The notes under the pieces are model-generated. The model ran no database searches. It was given only the letters and a program-made list of their open reading frames with translations, and had not been told where the DNA came from. This document shows, one piece after another, positions 19,292 to 30,266 of a stretch of DNA of 59,552 nt. Every line of letters starts with the position of its first letter. Positions within the stretch are counted from its first letter, which is position 1. Source of the stretch: Armatimonadota bacterium (GTDB taxonomy: Bacteria; Armatimonadota; Zipacnadia; Zipacnadales; UBA5352). The stretch covers positions 29,622 through 89,173 of the forward strand of contig JAYENL010000093.1 in NCBI GenBank assembly GCA_034722055.1, in the 5' to 3' direction. The translations under genes were made by a program, and so were the position numbers.

Positions 19292-20906
19292 TAGCGATCA
19301 GCGATCAGCTATCAGCGGTCAGCTACCAGCTATCAGCGGTCAGCTACCAGCAACGGCGGGGGCCTCGCTGCCCAGCCGTCTGGAGGGGCTGGTCCCCGTC
19401 CCAGCCCGCCGTTTCCCTGTCGTTGTCGGGCTGGAAGCCCGACCTACGCGATGAAGGGATGAGGTAAAGGGGCGGTTGTCATGGCGTCAGGGGGGACGGG
19501 GCGAGGGCGCGGTTGTCGTGTCAGGAGGGGCGGGCTTCCTTGCCCGCCCGCCGTTGTTGCCGCCGTTCGTCGTGCCGTTTGGAGGGGCGCGACTACGCTC
19601 GCGCCCGGCCGTGCTGGTAGCGGTCAGCTACCAGCTATCAGCGGTCAGCTATCAGCTATCAGCGGTCAGCTACCAGCTACCAGCGGTCAGCTAACAGCAA
19701 CGGCGGCGGCCTCGCTGCCCAGCCGTCTGGAGGGGCTGGTCTCCGTCCCAGCCCGCCGTTTCCCTGTCGTTGTCGGGCTGGAAGCCCGACCTACGCGATG
19801 AAGGGATGAGGTAAAGGGGCGGCTGTCGTGCCGTCAGGGGGGACGGGGCGAGGGCGCGGCTGTCGTGCCGTCCGGAGGGGCGGGCTTCCCTGCCCGCCCG
19901 CCGTTGTCGGTGTTGCCGTGCCGTTTGGAGGGGCGCGACTACGTTTGCGCGCGGCCCTGCTGGTAGCGGTCAGCTACCAGCTATCAGCGGTCAGCTATCA
20001 GCTATCAGCGGTCAGCTATCAGCTATCAGCGGTCAGCTACCAGCTACCAGCGGTCAGCTATCAGCTACCAGCGGTCAGCTATCAGCGGTCAGCTAACAGC
20101 AACGGCGGGGGCCTCGCTGCCCAGCCGTCTGGAGGGGCTGGTCCCCGTCCCAGCCCGCCGTTTCCCTGTCGTTGTCGGGCTGGAAGCCCGACCTACGCGA
20201 TGAAGGGATGAGGTAAAGGGGCGGTTGTCATGGCGTCAGGGGGGACGGGGCGAGGGCGCGGTTGTCGTGTCAGGAGGGGCGGGCTTCCTTGCCCGCCCGC
20301 CGTTGTTGCCGCCGTTCGTCGTGCCGTTTGGAGGGGCGCGACTACGCTCGCGCCCGGCCGTGCTGGTAGCGGTCAGCTACCAGCTATCAGCGGTCAGCTA
20401 TCAGCTATCAGCGGTCAGCTACCAGCTACCAGCGGTCAGCTAACAGCAACGGCGGCGGCCTCGCTGCCCAGCCGTCTGGAGGGGCTGGTCTCCGTCCCAG
20501 CCCGCCGTTTCCCTGTCGTTGTCGGGCTGGAAGCCCGACCTACGCGATGAAGGGATGAGGTAAAGGGGCGGCTGTCGTGCCGTCAGGGGGGACGGGGCGA
20601 GGGCGCGGCTGTCGTGCCGTCCGGAGGGGCGGGCTTCCCTGCCCGCCCGCCGTTGTCGGTGTTGCCGTGCCGTTTGGAGGGGCGCGACTACGTTTGCGCG
20701 CGGCCCTGCTGGTAGCGGTCAGCTACCAGCTATCAGCGGTCAGCTATCAGCTATCAGCGGTCAGCTATCAGCTATCAGCGGTCAGCTATCAGCTATCAGC
20801 GGTCAGCTACCAGCTACCAGCGGTCAGCTATCAGCGGTCAGCTAACAGCAACGGCGGGGGCCTCGCTGCCCAGCCGTCTGGAGGGGCTGGTCTCCGTCCC
20901 AGCCCG
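19291..20906 (+). repeat. Higher-order tandem array: alternating 347- and 402-bp units (749-bp dimer x2+) built from REP-like palindromes and CAGC(TAT/GGT/TAC) heptamer tracts
   Basis: Marker gacctacgcgatgaagggatgagg at 19441, 19788, 20190 and 20537 (spacings 347, 402, 347). Spurious ORFs are duplicated 749 bp apart (19476/20225, 19481/20230, 19828/20577). Confidence 0.95.
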
Positions 20907-20939
20907 ACCGTTGAGACGCCGAAGAGGAGTAGACTGCCC

Positions 20940-21722
20940 ATGTCCGACATGCCTATGACAAGCCTCGGCCCACTGACCGTCTCCCGCCTGATCATCGGGG
21001 GGAATCCCTTCAGCGGCCACTCGCACTGGTCGGCGGATCGCAGCGAGCAGATGAAGCGGTGGTGGACGGTGGAGCGCATCAAGCAGCTCCTGCATGAGGG
21101 CGAGCGCCTGGGGGTGAACACCTTCCTGGGCCGTGGCGACAACCACATCCAGCGCATGCTGCTGGAGTACTGGGACGAGGGCGGCCAGATCCAGTGGATC
21201 GCCCAGACCGCCCCTGAGCGCGCCTCGGTGGAGGCGAACATCCGCCAGATCTGCGGCACCGGCGCCTCGGCCTGCTTCCTGCACGGCGGGATGGCCGACG
21301 GCATCTGGCGGGACGGCGAGCCCGAGCGGATGCGCGACTGGATCGCGCTGATCAAGGAGCTGGGCATGGTGGCGGGCATGGCCTCGCACAACTGGCAGTT
21401 CCCGCTGCGCGCCGAGGAGGCCGACCTGGGCTGCGAGTTCTACATGTGCTGCTTCTACGACCTCTACGGGCGCGGCGGGGAGATCTATGAGCAGGAGGAC
21501 CGGCAGGCGATGTGTGAGACGATCCGGCGCATCGACAAGCCCTGCATCGCCTACAAGATCATGGCCGCTGGCCGCAACGACCCCGAGGAGGCCTTCGAGT
21601 TCGCATTCGAGCACATCAAGCCCACCGACCCGGTCTGCGTGGGCCTCTACACCGAGGACGATCCGGACCAGTTGGCTGAGGACGTGGAGCTGACGATACG
21701 CTTCGCCGGCACCGCCCGGTGA
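20940..21722 (+). CDS. Aldo/keto-reductase-like TIM-barrel hypothetical protein
   Basis: VSRLIIGGNPFSG and IAYKIMAAGR motifs. GAGGAG precedes ATG 20940; the longer ORF extension upstream is repeat-derived. Confidence 0.7.
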   Translation: MSDMPMTSLGPLTVSRLIIGGNPFSGHSHWSADRSEQMKRWWTVERIKQLLHEGERLGVNTFLGRGDNHIQRMLLEYWDEGGQIQWIAQTAPERASVEANIRQICGTGASACFLHGGMADGIWRDGEPERMRDWIALIKELGMVAGMASHNWQFPLRAEEADLGCEFYMCCFYDLYGRGGEIYEQEDRQAMCETIRRIDKPCIAYKIMAAGRNDPEEAFEFAFEHIKPTDPVCVGLYTEDDPDQLAEDVELTIRFAGTAR

Positions 21723-21737
21723 CGGCAGGGGCCCAGC

Positions 21738-21766
21738 TTGACATCCCGGGGAGCGGTCGGTATACT
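21738..21766 (+). promoter_or_regulatory. Sigma70-type promoter for the yceD-rpmF-plsX-fab cluster
   Basis: TTGACA (21738-43), 17-bp spacer, TATACT (21761-66). Confidence 0.85.
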
Positions 21767-21811
21767 GCAATCACGAGCTTCGCCAGCCACCCGGCTGGCG
21801 GCGCTGCAATT

Positions 21812-22330
21812 ATGAGATACGATATCGCGCATAAGTTGAGGAAGCGCGACGGTCAGGTCGTGCTCGACATTGACGCGCCCGCTCCGCTGGGGACCGAGGT
21901 CGAGTTCGTTGGCAACGTCGTGGGTCAGATCACCCTCCGCAACGCGGGAGGGGAGATCGCGGCGTGGGGACACCTGGAGGCTGTGGCGCTGATGGAGTGC
22001 AGCCGGTGCCTGAAGCTGCACGAGGTGCCCCTGGAGTTCGACTTCGCCGAGGTGTGCGCCCTGGCGCAGATCGATGAGCCGCAGTCCTACGCCCAGGTCG
22101 CGGAGGAGGATGAGCCGGCGCCGATCCCGATCCTGGACGGGGACACGGTTGATCTCTCCGAGCTGGTGCGGCAGCTTCTGGTGCTGCACCTGCCCGCGCG
22201 GTCGTTGTGCCGGCCGGACTGTAAGGGCATCTGCCCGCACTGCGGCGCGGACCTCAACGAGGTCACGTGCAGGTGCCAGCGGGAGGAGGTTGACCCCCGG
22301 CTGGCGCCCCTGCGCGAGCTGCTTGAGTAG
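21812..22330 (+). CDS. yceD: DUF177/YceD family protein
   Basis: CSRCL...DLSELVRQ...LCRPDCKGICPHCGADLN..C.C...DPRLAPL; canonical position upstream of rpmF. Confidence 0.9.
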   Translation: MRYDIAHKLRKRDGQVVLDIDAPAPLGTEVEFVGNVVGQITLRNAGGEIAAWGHLEAVALMECSRCLKLHEVPLEFDFAEVCALAQIDEPQSYAQVAEEDEPAPIPILDGDTVDLSELVRQLLVLHLPARSLCRPDCKGICPHCGADLNEVTCRCQREEVDPRLAPLRELLE

Positions 22331-22369
22331 ATTTGCCGTCGCCTGCTGTGACGTCTGAAGAGGTGTACC

Positions 22370-22576
22370 ATGGCGCTACCGAAGAGGAAGCATTCGAAGT
22401 CGCGCACCCGCAAGAAGCGGACGCACCAGAAGGTGGTCGTCCCTCCCATTACGCAGTGCCCGCAGTGCGGGGCGCCGAAGCTACCGCATAATGCGTGCGG
22501 CAGATGCGGCCACTACCGGGGCCGCAAGGTGGACCACACCGTCAGCGAGGAAGAGAAGTCGCGCGAGGGGGGCTAG
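22370..22576 (+). CDS. rpmF: 50S ribosomal protein L32 (Zn-ribbon type)
   Basis: [17 protein letters not shown]...[21 protein letters not shown]. Confidence 0.97.
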   Translation: MALPKRKHSKSRTRKKRTHQKVVVPPITQCPQCGAPKLPHNACGRCGHYRGRKVDHTVSEEEKSREGG

Positions 22577-22661
22577 ACTCCGCAACGGTCGCGCCTGCGG
22601 CCGCCCTGGCGGCCGCGTCTCCCCGTACCGAACCTGACTCTCGACGGGCACGGGACACGCT

Positions 22662-23666
22662 ATGCGGATAGCCGTGGACGCCATGGGGGGCGATTTCGCC
22701 CCCGACGAGATCGTCGCCGGCGCCCGTCTGGCGGCTGACATGCTCGGGGCGCAGATTGCCCTCGTGGGGCAGCCCGAGGCCGTTGAGGAGGCCCTTGCAG
22801 GGCTGCCCGCGAGTAATGAGCGGATTGAGGTGGAGCCGGCGGCCGACGTCATCGACATGGGGGAGAGCGCCCGCTCCGCCATCCGCGGCCGGGATGACAC
22901 GTCCGTGGCGGTTGCGGTGGAGATGGTGGCCGACGGCAGGGCCCAGGCGGTGGTCTCGGCGGGCAATTCGGGTGCGTTCATGGCGCTCTCCACAGTCCGG
23001 ATGGGGACGATCCCCGGGGTCAAGCGCCCCGCCATCGCCGTGACGCTGCCCAGCCCCGCCGGCACCCGGGTGCTCCTGGACGCCGGCGCCAACGCCGACT
23101 GCAAGCCCGGGCACCTCCGCGACTTCGGGCTGATGGGGTCGGTCTACGCCGAGCACGCGCTGGGCATCGGGAGTCCGCGGGTCGGCGTGCTCAGCATCGG
23201 CGAGGAGAGGGGCAAGGGCAACGAGCTGACCAAGGCCGCGCACGAGCTCCTGGCCGCCACGGATGTGAACTTCGTGGGCAATGTGGAGGGCGGCGACATC
23301 TACGGAGACGGCTGCGATGTCATCGTCTGCGACGGGTTTGTGGGGAACGTAGTTCTCAAGGCCAGCGAGGGCGTGGCCGGCGTCTTCGCGTTCGAGATGC
23401 GTGAGGCGATCCGCAGCAATCTGGCGCTGAGGCTGGTGGCGCCGATGTTCCGTACTGCCTTGCGGCGGATCATCAGGCAGTTTGACTACTCGGAGTATGG
23501 CGGTGCGCTGCTGCTGGGGGTCAACGGGGTGAGCGTCGTCAGCCACGGCTGCTCGGACGCCAACGCCATCCGTAACGCCATACGCTTTGCCTGCCGAGCC
23601 GTGGAGCGCCGGGTCGTGGAGCACATCTCGGCGGTCTTTGCCCAGCGCGCTGAGCTGCCGGCCTGA
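22662..23666 (+). CDS. plsX: Phosphate acyltransferase PlsX
   Basis: IAVDAMGGDFAP, SAGNSGA, LDAGAN, VCDGFVGNVVLK, GGALLLG...HG.S. Confidence 0.97.
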   Translation: MRIAVDAMGGDFAPDEIVAGARLAADMLGAQIALVGQPEAVEEALAGLPASNERIEVEPAADVIDMGESARSAIRGRDDTSVAVAVEMVADGRAQAVVSAGNSGAFMALSTVRMGTIPGVKRPAIAVTLPSPAGTRVLLDAGANADCKPGHLRDFGLMGSVYAEHALGIGSPRVGVLSIGEERGKGNELTKAAHELLAATDVNFVGNVEGGDIYGDGCDVIVCDGFVGNVVLKASEGVAGVFAFEMREAIRSNLALRLVAPMFRTALRRIIRQFDYSEYGGALLLGVNGVSVVSHGCSDANAIRNAIRFACRAVERRVVEHISAVFAQRAELPA

Positions 23667-23704
23667 AGGCGGCGCAGCGGCGGCGCGCTCCTGGTACGGA
23701 TCCT

Positions 23705-24003
23705 CTCGGAGGGGTGAGGGGCTGCCTGTGCGGGGTCGCTCGCAGCACGGGCGCCATAGGACGCAGAGGGCTGTCTGCCGCGCCGTATGGAGGGGGCGGA
23801 CCACTGTCCGGCCCGCCGTTGCCCGTCCGCGATGGGGGCATGCGAAGACGGCGGTCGGGCTGGAAGCCCGACCTACGCGGAAGGGGGAGGCGCTGTCCCG
23901 CTGGAAGCCCGACCTGCGCGGCGAACGCGACGCGTAGTCGCGGTGGGAGGGGTGGACCTGCGCGGGGGGGGCCGCCGGCTTGCAGCTTGCGGCTTGTAGC
24001 TTG
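23705..24003. repeat. REP-like mosaic plus heptamer tract between plsX and fabH
   Basis: ggtcgggctggaagcccgacctac (23853-76, same as in the 19-21 kb array), GGAGGGG-tagged units, and cggcttg cagcttg cggcttg tagcttg (23976-24003, reverse complement of the 17.1-kb heptamers). Confidence 0.75.
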
Positions 24004-24160
24004 TCGCTGCCGTTATCCGTCGTAACCTGGTGGCGGGCCTGAGCTGGTGGAGGAATTCCGCCTGGTTGCGGGAACGCCACCATGTTCGCGTGTGGAGAGC
24101 CGGATTGGTGTCGGCGCGGAGAGGGCGCCGGCAGTCGTGCGAGAGGGTGCACGCCTGCTC

Positions 24161-25162
24161 ATGTCGCTTCGGCCTGCAGTGATCACAGGTGTTGGGTCCT
24201 ACGTCCCCGAGCGCGTGCTCACGAACGCGGATCTCGAGGAGATCGTGGACACCAGCGACGAGTGGATCGTCAGTCACACGGGCATCAGGGAGCGCCGCAT
24301 CGCCTCCGACGAGCAGGCCACCTCTGATCTGGGAATCGAGGCCAGCCTCAGGGCCCTGGAGGACGCCGGTATCGGGCCGGAGGACCTGGGCCTGATCGTC
24401 TGCGCCACTGTCACCCCCGATCACCTCTTCCCCGCCACCGCCAACATCATCCAGGACCGTATCGGCGCGGAGAACGCCGCCGCCTTTGATCTGCTCAGCG
24501 GCTGCACCGGCTTCGTCTACGGCCTGTACGTGGCGCGCCAGTTCATCGCCACCGGGGAGAGTGACCCGGTGCTGGTGATCGCGGCGGAGAAGCTGACCTC
24601 CATCACCGACTGGACCGACCGCAGCACCTGCGTGCTTTTCGGCGACGGCGCGGGAGCGGCGGTGGTGGCTGCCGGTGACGGAGATCCCGACCGAGTGGGC
24701 CTCGTCGCCTTCGAGCTGGAGTCCTATGGCGAGCACGGGGGCCTGTTGATTGTGCCGGCGGGCGGCTCTCGCCAGCCCCTGGACGAGGAGCTGCTGGCCG
24801 CCCACGACGACTGCCTGCACATGAGCGGGCCGGAGCTGTTCAAGCTGGCGGTGCGCGGCATCCCGGAGGTGGCCGGCAAGACCATCGCCAGGGCCGGAAT
24901 CACCAACCGCGACATCGACTGGGTGGTCATGCACCAGGCCAACATGCGCATCATCGATGCCGCCGCCAGGCGTCTGGACATCCCGAACGAGCGCATGGTG
25001 GTCAATGTCGATAGGTACGGCAACACCTCCGGAGCCTCCATGGCCATCGCCCTGGATGAGGTCTACCGCGACGGCCGCCTGCAGCCCGGCGACAACGTGT
25101 TGATGGTGGGATTTGGGGCGGGGTTCAGCCTCGGCGGCGCCGTCATCCGCTGGACCGGCTAG
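24161..25162 (+). CDS. fabH: 3-oxoacyl-ACP synthase III
   Basis: DTSDEWI..TGIRERR, SGCTGF (Cys), LFGDGAGA, HQAN, YGNTSGAS, GFGAG. Confidence 0.95.
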   Translation: MSLRPAVITGVGSYVPERVLTNADLEEIVDTSDEWIVSHTGIRERRIASDEQATSDLGIEASLRALEDAGIGPEDLGLIVCATVTPDHLFPATANIIQDRIGAENAAAFDLLSGCTGFVYGLYVARQFIATGESDPVLVIAAEKLTSITDWTDRSTCVLFGDGAGAAVVAAGDGDPDRVGLVAFELESYGEHGGLLIVPAGGSRQPLDEELLAAHDDCLHMSGPELFKLAVRGIPEVAGKTIARAGITNRDIDWVVMHQANMRIIDAAARRLDIPNERMVVNVDRYGNTSGASMAIALDEVYRDGRLQPGDNVLMVGFGAGFSLGGAVIRWTG

Positions 25163-25198
25163 CCGCCAAGCTTCAGAAAGCGCAGGGAGGAGACCCTC

Positions 25199-26347
25199 TT
25201 GGACTTCAGCTTCACCGAAGATCAGCAGATGATCGTGGACGCCGTGCGCGAGCTCGGCGAGGAGGAGCTGGCGCCCCGGGCCTCCGAGATCGCCGAGCGG
25301 GGCGAGTTCCCCTGGGAGAACGTCGAGCTGCTGCGGGAGATGGATCTCTGCGGCGTGCCTGTCCCTGAGGACTACGGCGGGCTCGACATGGGCTTTCTGA
25401 CGTGGGGTGTGGTTGGTGAGCTGCTCAGCTACTACTGCTCCACAACCGGTGCCATCTTCGGCGCCCACATGCTGGCCCAGTACCCCATCATGCAGTTCGG
25501 CACCGAGGAGCAGAAGCAGAAGTACCTGGTGCCTTTGACCACCGGGGAGAGCATCGGCGCCTTCGGCCTCACCGAGCCCAACGCGGGCTCGGACGCCGGC
25601 GCCGTTGCCACCAGGGCCGATCTGAAGGGCGACAAGTATATCCTCAACGGCACCAAGGTGTTCATATCCAACGGCGGCGAGGCCGAAGTCTACGTCATCA
25701 TCGCCAACATCGACCCCTCCAAGGGCACCCGCGGCCAGACTGCCTTCATCGTCGAGAAGGGCATGCCCGGCTTCGAGTTCGGCAAGGACGAGAAGAAGAT
25801 GGGCTGGGACGCGCTGCCCAATCGGGAGCTGATCTTCCAGGATTGCGAGGTCCCGGTCGAGAACGTGCTCTACAGGACCGGGCGGGGCTTCCGGGTGGCC
25901 ATGGAGACGCTCGGAATCGGCCGCCTGGGCATGGCCGTGGGCGCCGTCGGCCTGGCCCAGGCCGCCTTTGACGCCGCCATCGTCTACGCCCAGCAGCGGG
26001 AGCAGTTCGGGCAGCGGATCTCGGAGTTTCAGGCCATCCAGTTCAAGCTCGCCGACATGGCCACCGGGATCGAGGCCTCGCGGCTGCTGTACCAGCGGGC
26101 GGCCTGGCTCAAGGACCAGGGGGAGAAGTACGAGAAGCTGGCGGCCATGGCCAAGGTCTACTCCTCCGAGATGGTCTCACGCGTCACCTCTGATGCCGTG
26201 CAGATCCATGGTGGCGTGGGCTACACCCGCGACTTCCCCGTGGAGCGCTACATGCGCGAGGCCAAGCTGTTCGAGATCGTGGAGGGCACCTCGGAGATCC
26301 AGCGCGGCATCATCGCCAACCGCGTCCTGCGCGAGCACCGCATCTGA
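25199..26347 (+). CDS. Acyl-CoA dehydrogenase (butyryl-CoA dehydrogenase-like)
   Basis: [62 protein letters not shown] start. Confidence 0.95.
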   Translation: MDFSFTEDQQMIVDAVRELGEEELAPRASEIAERGEFPWENVELLREMDLCGVPVPEDYGGLDMGFLTWGVVGELLSYYCSTTGAIFGAHMLAQYPIMQFGTEEQKQKYLVPLTTGESIGAFGLTEPNAGSDAGAVATRADLKGDKYILNGTKVFISNGGEAEVYVIIANIDPSKGTRGQTAFIVEKGMPGFEFGKDEKKMGWDALPNRELIFQDCEVPVENVLYRTGRGFRVAMETLGIGRLGMAVGAVGLAQAAFDAAIVYAQQREQFGQRISEFQAIQFKLADMATGIEASRLLYQRAAWLKDQGEKYEKLAAMAKVYSSEMVSRVTSDAVQIHGGVGYTRDFPVERYMREAKLFEIVEGTSEIQRGIIANRVLREHRI

Positions 26348-26376
26348 GCCGCGCTGCAATCGGAGCTGAGCGACCG

Positions 26377-27159
26377 ATGAACATCATCGTGTGCATCAAA
26401 CAGGTCCCTGACACCTCCGAGGTGCAGATCGACCCGGAGACGAACACCATCGTCCGGGAGGGCGTGCCGGCGATCATCAACCCCTTCGATGAGAACGCCA
26501 TCGAGGCGGCCGTCCAGCTTGTGGAGGAGCATGGCGGCACGGTCACCGTCATCTCCATGGGGCCGCCGCAGGCCGAGGACGCGCTGCGCGAGGCCCTCGC
26601 CATGGGCGCTGACGAGGCCATCCTGATCTCCGACCGCTGCTTCGCCGCCTCCGATACCCTCGCCACCTCCTACGTGCTCTCCTCCGCCATTCGGCAGATC
26701 GGGGACTACGATCTGATCCTGACCGGCAAGCAGGCCTTCGACGGCGACACCGCTCAGGTCCCGCCGGGCATCGCCGAGCACCTGGGCATCCCCCAGGTCA
26801 CCTTCGCCATCGGCCTGGAGGTGGACGGCAAGGCGCTGACGGTCCGCCGGCTGCTGGAGGACGAGTTCGAGGTCACGCAGGTCGAGATGCCGGCGGTGGT
26901 CTCGTGCGTCAAGCAGATGAACGAGCCCCGGCGCCCCGGCATTAAGGCCAAGCTGGCGGCGAAGAAGAAAAACGTGCAGGTGTGGGACCAGACCTGCATG
27001 GACGTGGACGCCTGCCTGTGCGGGCTGGATGGCTCGCCCACCCGCGTGGTCCGCACCTTCGCACCCACCCGCAACACCGAAGGCACGAGGTTCGAGGGCG
27101 AGCCGAAGGAGACCGCCACCGCGGTCATCGAGGCCCTCATCGACGACAAGATCATCTGA
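26377..27159 (+). CDS. etfB: Electron transfer flavoprotein beta subunit
   Basis: VCIKQVPDT, INPFDENAIE, GKQAFDGDTAQV, NEPR, GLDGSPTRV. Confidence 0.95.
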   Translation: MNIIVCIKQVPDTSEVQIDPETNTIVREGVPAIINPFDENAIEAAVQLVEEHGGTVTVISMGPPQAEDALREALAMGADEAILISDRCFAASDTLATSYVLSSAIRQIGDYDLILTGKQAFDGDTAQVPPGIAEHLGIPQVTFAIGLEVDGKALTVRRLLEDEFEVTQVEMPAVVSCVKQMNEPRRPGIKAKLAAKKKNVQVWDQTCMDVDACLCGLDGSPTRVVRTFAPTRNTEGTRFEGEPKETATAVIEALIDDKII

Positions 27160-27227
27160 CGCCCGCGCGAAGAGCCACTCCGCCCGCGGACCGCGCGGCC
27201 CGTTTGGACCCGTTCGGGAGCGACGCG

Positions 27228-28427
27228 ATGGGCATATACATCGACAAGCCCAAGTGCATCGGATGCGAGCTGTGCATCCCGGCCTGCCCCTACGGGGCCA
27301 TCGACATGGTCGATGAGAAGGCCGAGTTCAACGAGAACTGCACCATGTGCGGCGCCTGCGCCTACGCCTGCCCCACCGGCGCGATCGTGCTGGAGATGGC
27401 GGGCAAGGGCGAGGTGGACACCTCGCAGTACGAGGGCCTGTGGGTCGTCGGTGAGATTGGGCCCGAGGGCACGCTGGCCCCCGTCACCGCCGAGCTGATC
27501 GGCGAGGGCCGCAGGCTGGCAGCGGACCTCGGCACCGACGTCAGCGTTGTGCTCATGGGCCATGAGATCGCGGACCTGGCCGACGTGGCCGCCGGCTACG
27601 GCGCCGACCGCGTCTTCCTGGTGGACCATCCCACGCTCGGGCGCTACCGCACCCAGCCGTTCACGGACGTCCTGACGGGGCTGATCAACAAGCACAAGCC
27701 CGAGATCGTGCTCATCGGCGCCACCACCATGGGCCGCGACCTGGCCTCCCGCGTCGCGGCGCGCATCCGGGCCGGGCTGACTGCCGACTGCACGGAGCTG
27801 AGCATCCAGCCGGAGACCAGGCTCCTGGAGCAGACCCGACCGGCCTTCGGCGGCAACGTCATGGCCACCATCCTCTGCGAGTACACCCGCCCGCAGATGG
27901 CCACCGTGCGGCCCAAGGTCATGACGCCTATGGAGTTCGATGACAGCCGGGAGGCCGAGGTCATCCAGGTCCCGGTGGAGATCGACGAGGGGTCCATCGC
28001 CACCCGCATCCTGGAGGTCATCAAGGACGAGACCGGCAGCGACGTCAACCTCACCGAGGCCGACATCATCGTCTCCGGCGGACGCGGGCTGGGGGATCCG
28101 AAGCACTTCGCGCTTATCGAGGAGCTTGCGGAGCTGCTGGGCGGCGCCGTGGGCGCCTCCCGGGCCACCGTGGACGCCGGATGGATCCCTGCCACGCACC
28201 AGGTGGGGCAGACCGGCAAGACCGTGCATCCCAAGCTCTACATCGCCTGCGGCATCTCCGGCGCTGTGCAGCACCTGGCCGGCATGTCCTCCTCCGACTG
28301 CATCGTGGCCGTCAACAAGGACCCCGACGCGCCCATCTTCAACGTGGCGCACTACGGGATCGTGGGCGACCTGTTCGAGGTCGTGCCGGCCATGATCGAG
28401 GCCTTCAAGCAGCGGCGGGGTGAGTGA
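27228..28427 (+). CDS. etfA: Electron transfer flavoprotein alpha subunit with N-terminal 2x[4Fe-4S] ferredoxin domain
   Basis: [12 protein letters not shown] and [12 protein letters not shown], then [42 protein letters not shown]. Confidence 0.95.
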   Translation: MGIYIDKPKCIGCELCIPACPYGAIDMVDEKAEFNENCTMCGACAYACPTGAIVLEMAGKGEVDTSQYEGLWVVGEIGPEGTLAPVTAELIGEGRRLAADLGTDVSVVLMGHEIADLADVAAGYGADRVFLVDHPTLGRYRTQPFTDVLTGLINKHKPEIVLIGATTMGRDLASRVAARIRAGLTADCTELSIQPETRLLEQTRPAFGGNVMATILCEYTRPQMATVRPKVMTPMEFDDSREAEVIQVPVEIDEGSIATRILEVIKDETGSDVNLTEADIIVSGGRGLGDPKHFALIEELAELLGGAVGASRATVDAGWIPATHQVGQTGKTVHPKLYIACGISGAVQHLAGMSSSDCIVAVNKDPDAPIFNVAHYGIVGDLFEVVPAMIEAFKQRRGE

Positions 28428-29357
28428 GTGGTGATCGCCTTCGTCTTCCCCGGGCAGAACTCGCACTACGTGGGGATGGGTGAGGACCTCTACGAGGCCG
28501 GCGGCCCCCCGAGGCTGGCTCTGGAGGTCGCGGAGGGCGCCCTGGGCGCCGACCTGCTGCAGGTGATGTTCGAGGGGCCGGAGGATGCGCTCACTCGCAC
28601 CGACAACCAGCAGCCCGCCATCGCAGCTCACTCCCTGGCGGCATTGGCGGGCCTGCGCGACGCCGGCATTGAGCCGGACTTCGTGGCCGGCCACAGCCTC
28701 GGGGAGTACTCGGCCGTCGCCTGCGCCGGGTGCCTCACGCCGGAGCAGGTCCTGCATCTGGTGCGCTTCCGGGGCGAGCTGATGGCCCGTGCGGGCGAGG
28801 AGTGCCCCGGCGCCATGGCGGCCGTCCTGGGCCTGGACGCCGAGGAGGTGGAGGCGGTGGTCGCCCGGGCGCGGGAGGACGACGTCCTGGTCGTCGCGAA
28901 CTACAACTCCCCGGGGCAGATCGTCATCTCGGGCGAGGTGGGCGCGGTGGAGCGGGCCGGTGCGCTGGCCGAGGAGGCTGGCGCGAAGCGCGTCATCCCC
29001 CTCAAGGTCAGTGGAGCCTTCCACTCCTCCCTGATGGGGCCGGCGGTCGACCTGCTCATCGAGCGTCTCGAGGAGATCGACCTTGCGCCGGCGGACGTGC
29101 CCGTCGTCGCCAACGCGGACGCCCTGCCGCACACCGAACCGGCCCAGGTCCGGGAGTGCCTGGGCAGGCAGATGACCACCAGCGTCCTATGGGAGCAGAG
29201 CGTGCGTCGGCTGGCCGAGGAGGGCGTGGAGACGCTGGTGGAGGTCGGTCCCGGCACGGTGCTGAGCAGGCTCATCCGCAGGATCGACCCGGAGCTGCAG
29301 GTCCTTAACGTGGACACCGCAGAGGACCTGCAGCAGGCCGTCGCCCGGCTCACATAG
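28428..29357 (+). CDS. fabD: Malonyl-CoA:ACP transacylase
   Basis: FPGQ, GHSLGEY, ANYNSPGQIVISG, VSGAFHS; starts directly after the etfA stop. Confidence 0.95.
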   Translation: MVIAFVFPGQNSHYVGMGEDLYEAGGPPRLALEVAEGALGADLLQVMFEGPEDALTRTDNQQPAIAAHSLAALAGLRDAGIEPDFVAGHSLGEYSAVACAGCLTPEQVLHLVRFRGELMARAGEECPGAMAAVLGLDAEEVEAVVARAREDDVLVVANYNSPGQIVISGEVGAVERAGALAEEAGAKRVIPLKVSGAFHSSLMGPAVDLLIERLEEIDLAPADVPVVANADALPHTEPAQVRECLGRQMTTSVLWEQSVRRLAEEGVETLVEVGPGTVLSRLIRRIDPELQVLNVDTAEDLQQAVARLT

Positions 29358-29501
29358 CGAGCGGTCGCTGGCGGAAATGGTTGGATCCTCACTACGAGGG
29401 CAGTCGAGGGGGTACATTGCTGCCAGGACGGGCACCATTGAGATGGAGGGGTCGCCGGTTCCACCCCGGCCCAGAGCCCCGTCCCGCCGGAGGTGTGGGT
29501 C

Positions 29502-30242
29502 TTGCAGCTTCAGGACCAGGTTGCCATAATCACGGGAGCGGGTGGCGGCATCGGCGCCGCCATCGCCCACACGCTGGCCGATGCCGGCGCACACATCGTC
29601 GTCAATGACGTCGCGGAGGCGGCGGCGGAGAAGGTCGCCGCCGAGGTCGGCGAGCGCGGCGTGGAGGCCATGGTGAGCGCCGCCGACATCACTGACGCGG
29701 AGCAGGTCCAGGACATGATGGACGAGGTGATGAAGCGCTTTCAGCGCATAGACATCCTCGTCAACAACGCCGGCATCACCCGCGACGCGCTGCTCGTGCG
29801 CATGGGCGAGGAGCAATGGGACGCCGTCCTGGACGTGAATCTCAAGGGAGCCTTCCTATGCACCAGAGCCGTGGCCAGGCCCATGATGCGGGCACGCTAC
29901 GGTCGGATCGTCAACATGGCGTCCGTCGCCGGGGTGGCCGGGAATGCCGGACAGGCCAACTACTCGGCCTCCAAGGGCGGTCTGATCTCGCTGACCAAGA
30001 CCACCGCCCAGGAGCTGGCGGGCCGCAACGTGACCTGCAACGCGCTGGCGCCGGGGTTCATCGAGACCGCCATGACCGATGAGCTGCCGGACGAGCAGCG
30101 CCAGGCGTGGCTGGATCGCATCCCGCTCAAGCGGCCCGGTACCGCCGGGGACGTGGCCAATGCAGTGCGGTTTCTGGCCGGCCCGGGCGCAGCCTACATC
30201 ACCGGCCAGGTGATCAACATCGACGGCGGCCTGATCATGTAG
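29502..30242 (+). CDS. fabG: 3-oxoacyl-ACP reductase
   Basis: TGAGGGIG, NNAGITRD, GQANYSASK, PGFIETAMT; TTG start after GGAGG. Confidence 0.95.
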   Translation: MQLQDQVAIITGAGGGIGAAIAHTLADAGAHIVVNDVAEAAAEKVAAEVGERGVEAMVSAADITDAEQVQDMMDEVMKRFQRIDILVNNAGITRDALLVRMGEEQWDAVLDVNLKGAFLCTRAVARPMMRARYGRIVNMASVAGVAGNAGQANYSASKGGLISLTKTTAQELAGRNVTCNALAPGFIETAMTDELPDEQRQAWLDRIPLKRPGTAGDVANAVRFLAGPGAAYITGQVINIDGGLIM

Positions 30243-30266
30243 GCGTCTGCATGGAGATGAGGGAAG

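Noticed and set aside
19291..20906. CRISPR array
   Set aside because: No unique spacers: the sequence between repeats is itself repeated, units are hundreds of bp long, and no cas genes are present.
19476..20939. Small ORFs and the N-terminal extension with (AVSYQLS)n repeats
   Set aside because: These are translations of the heptamer/REP array. The real gene has its own RBS and ATG at 20940.
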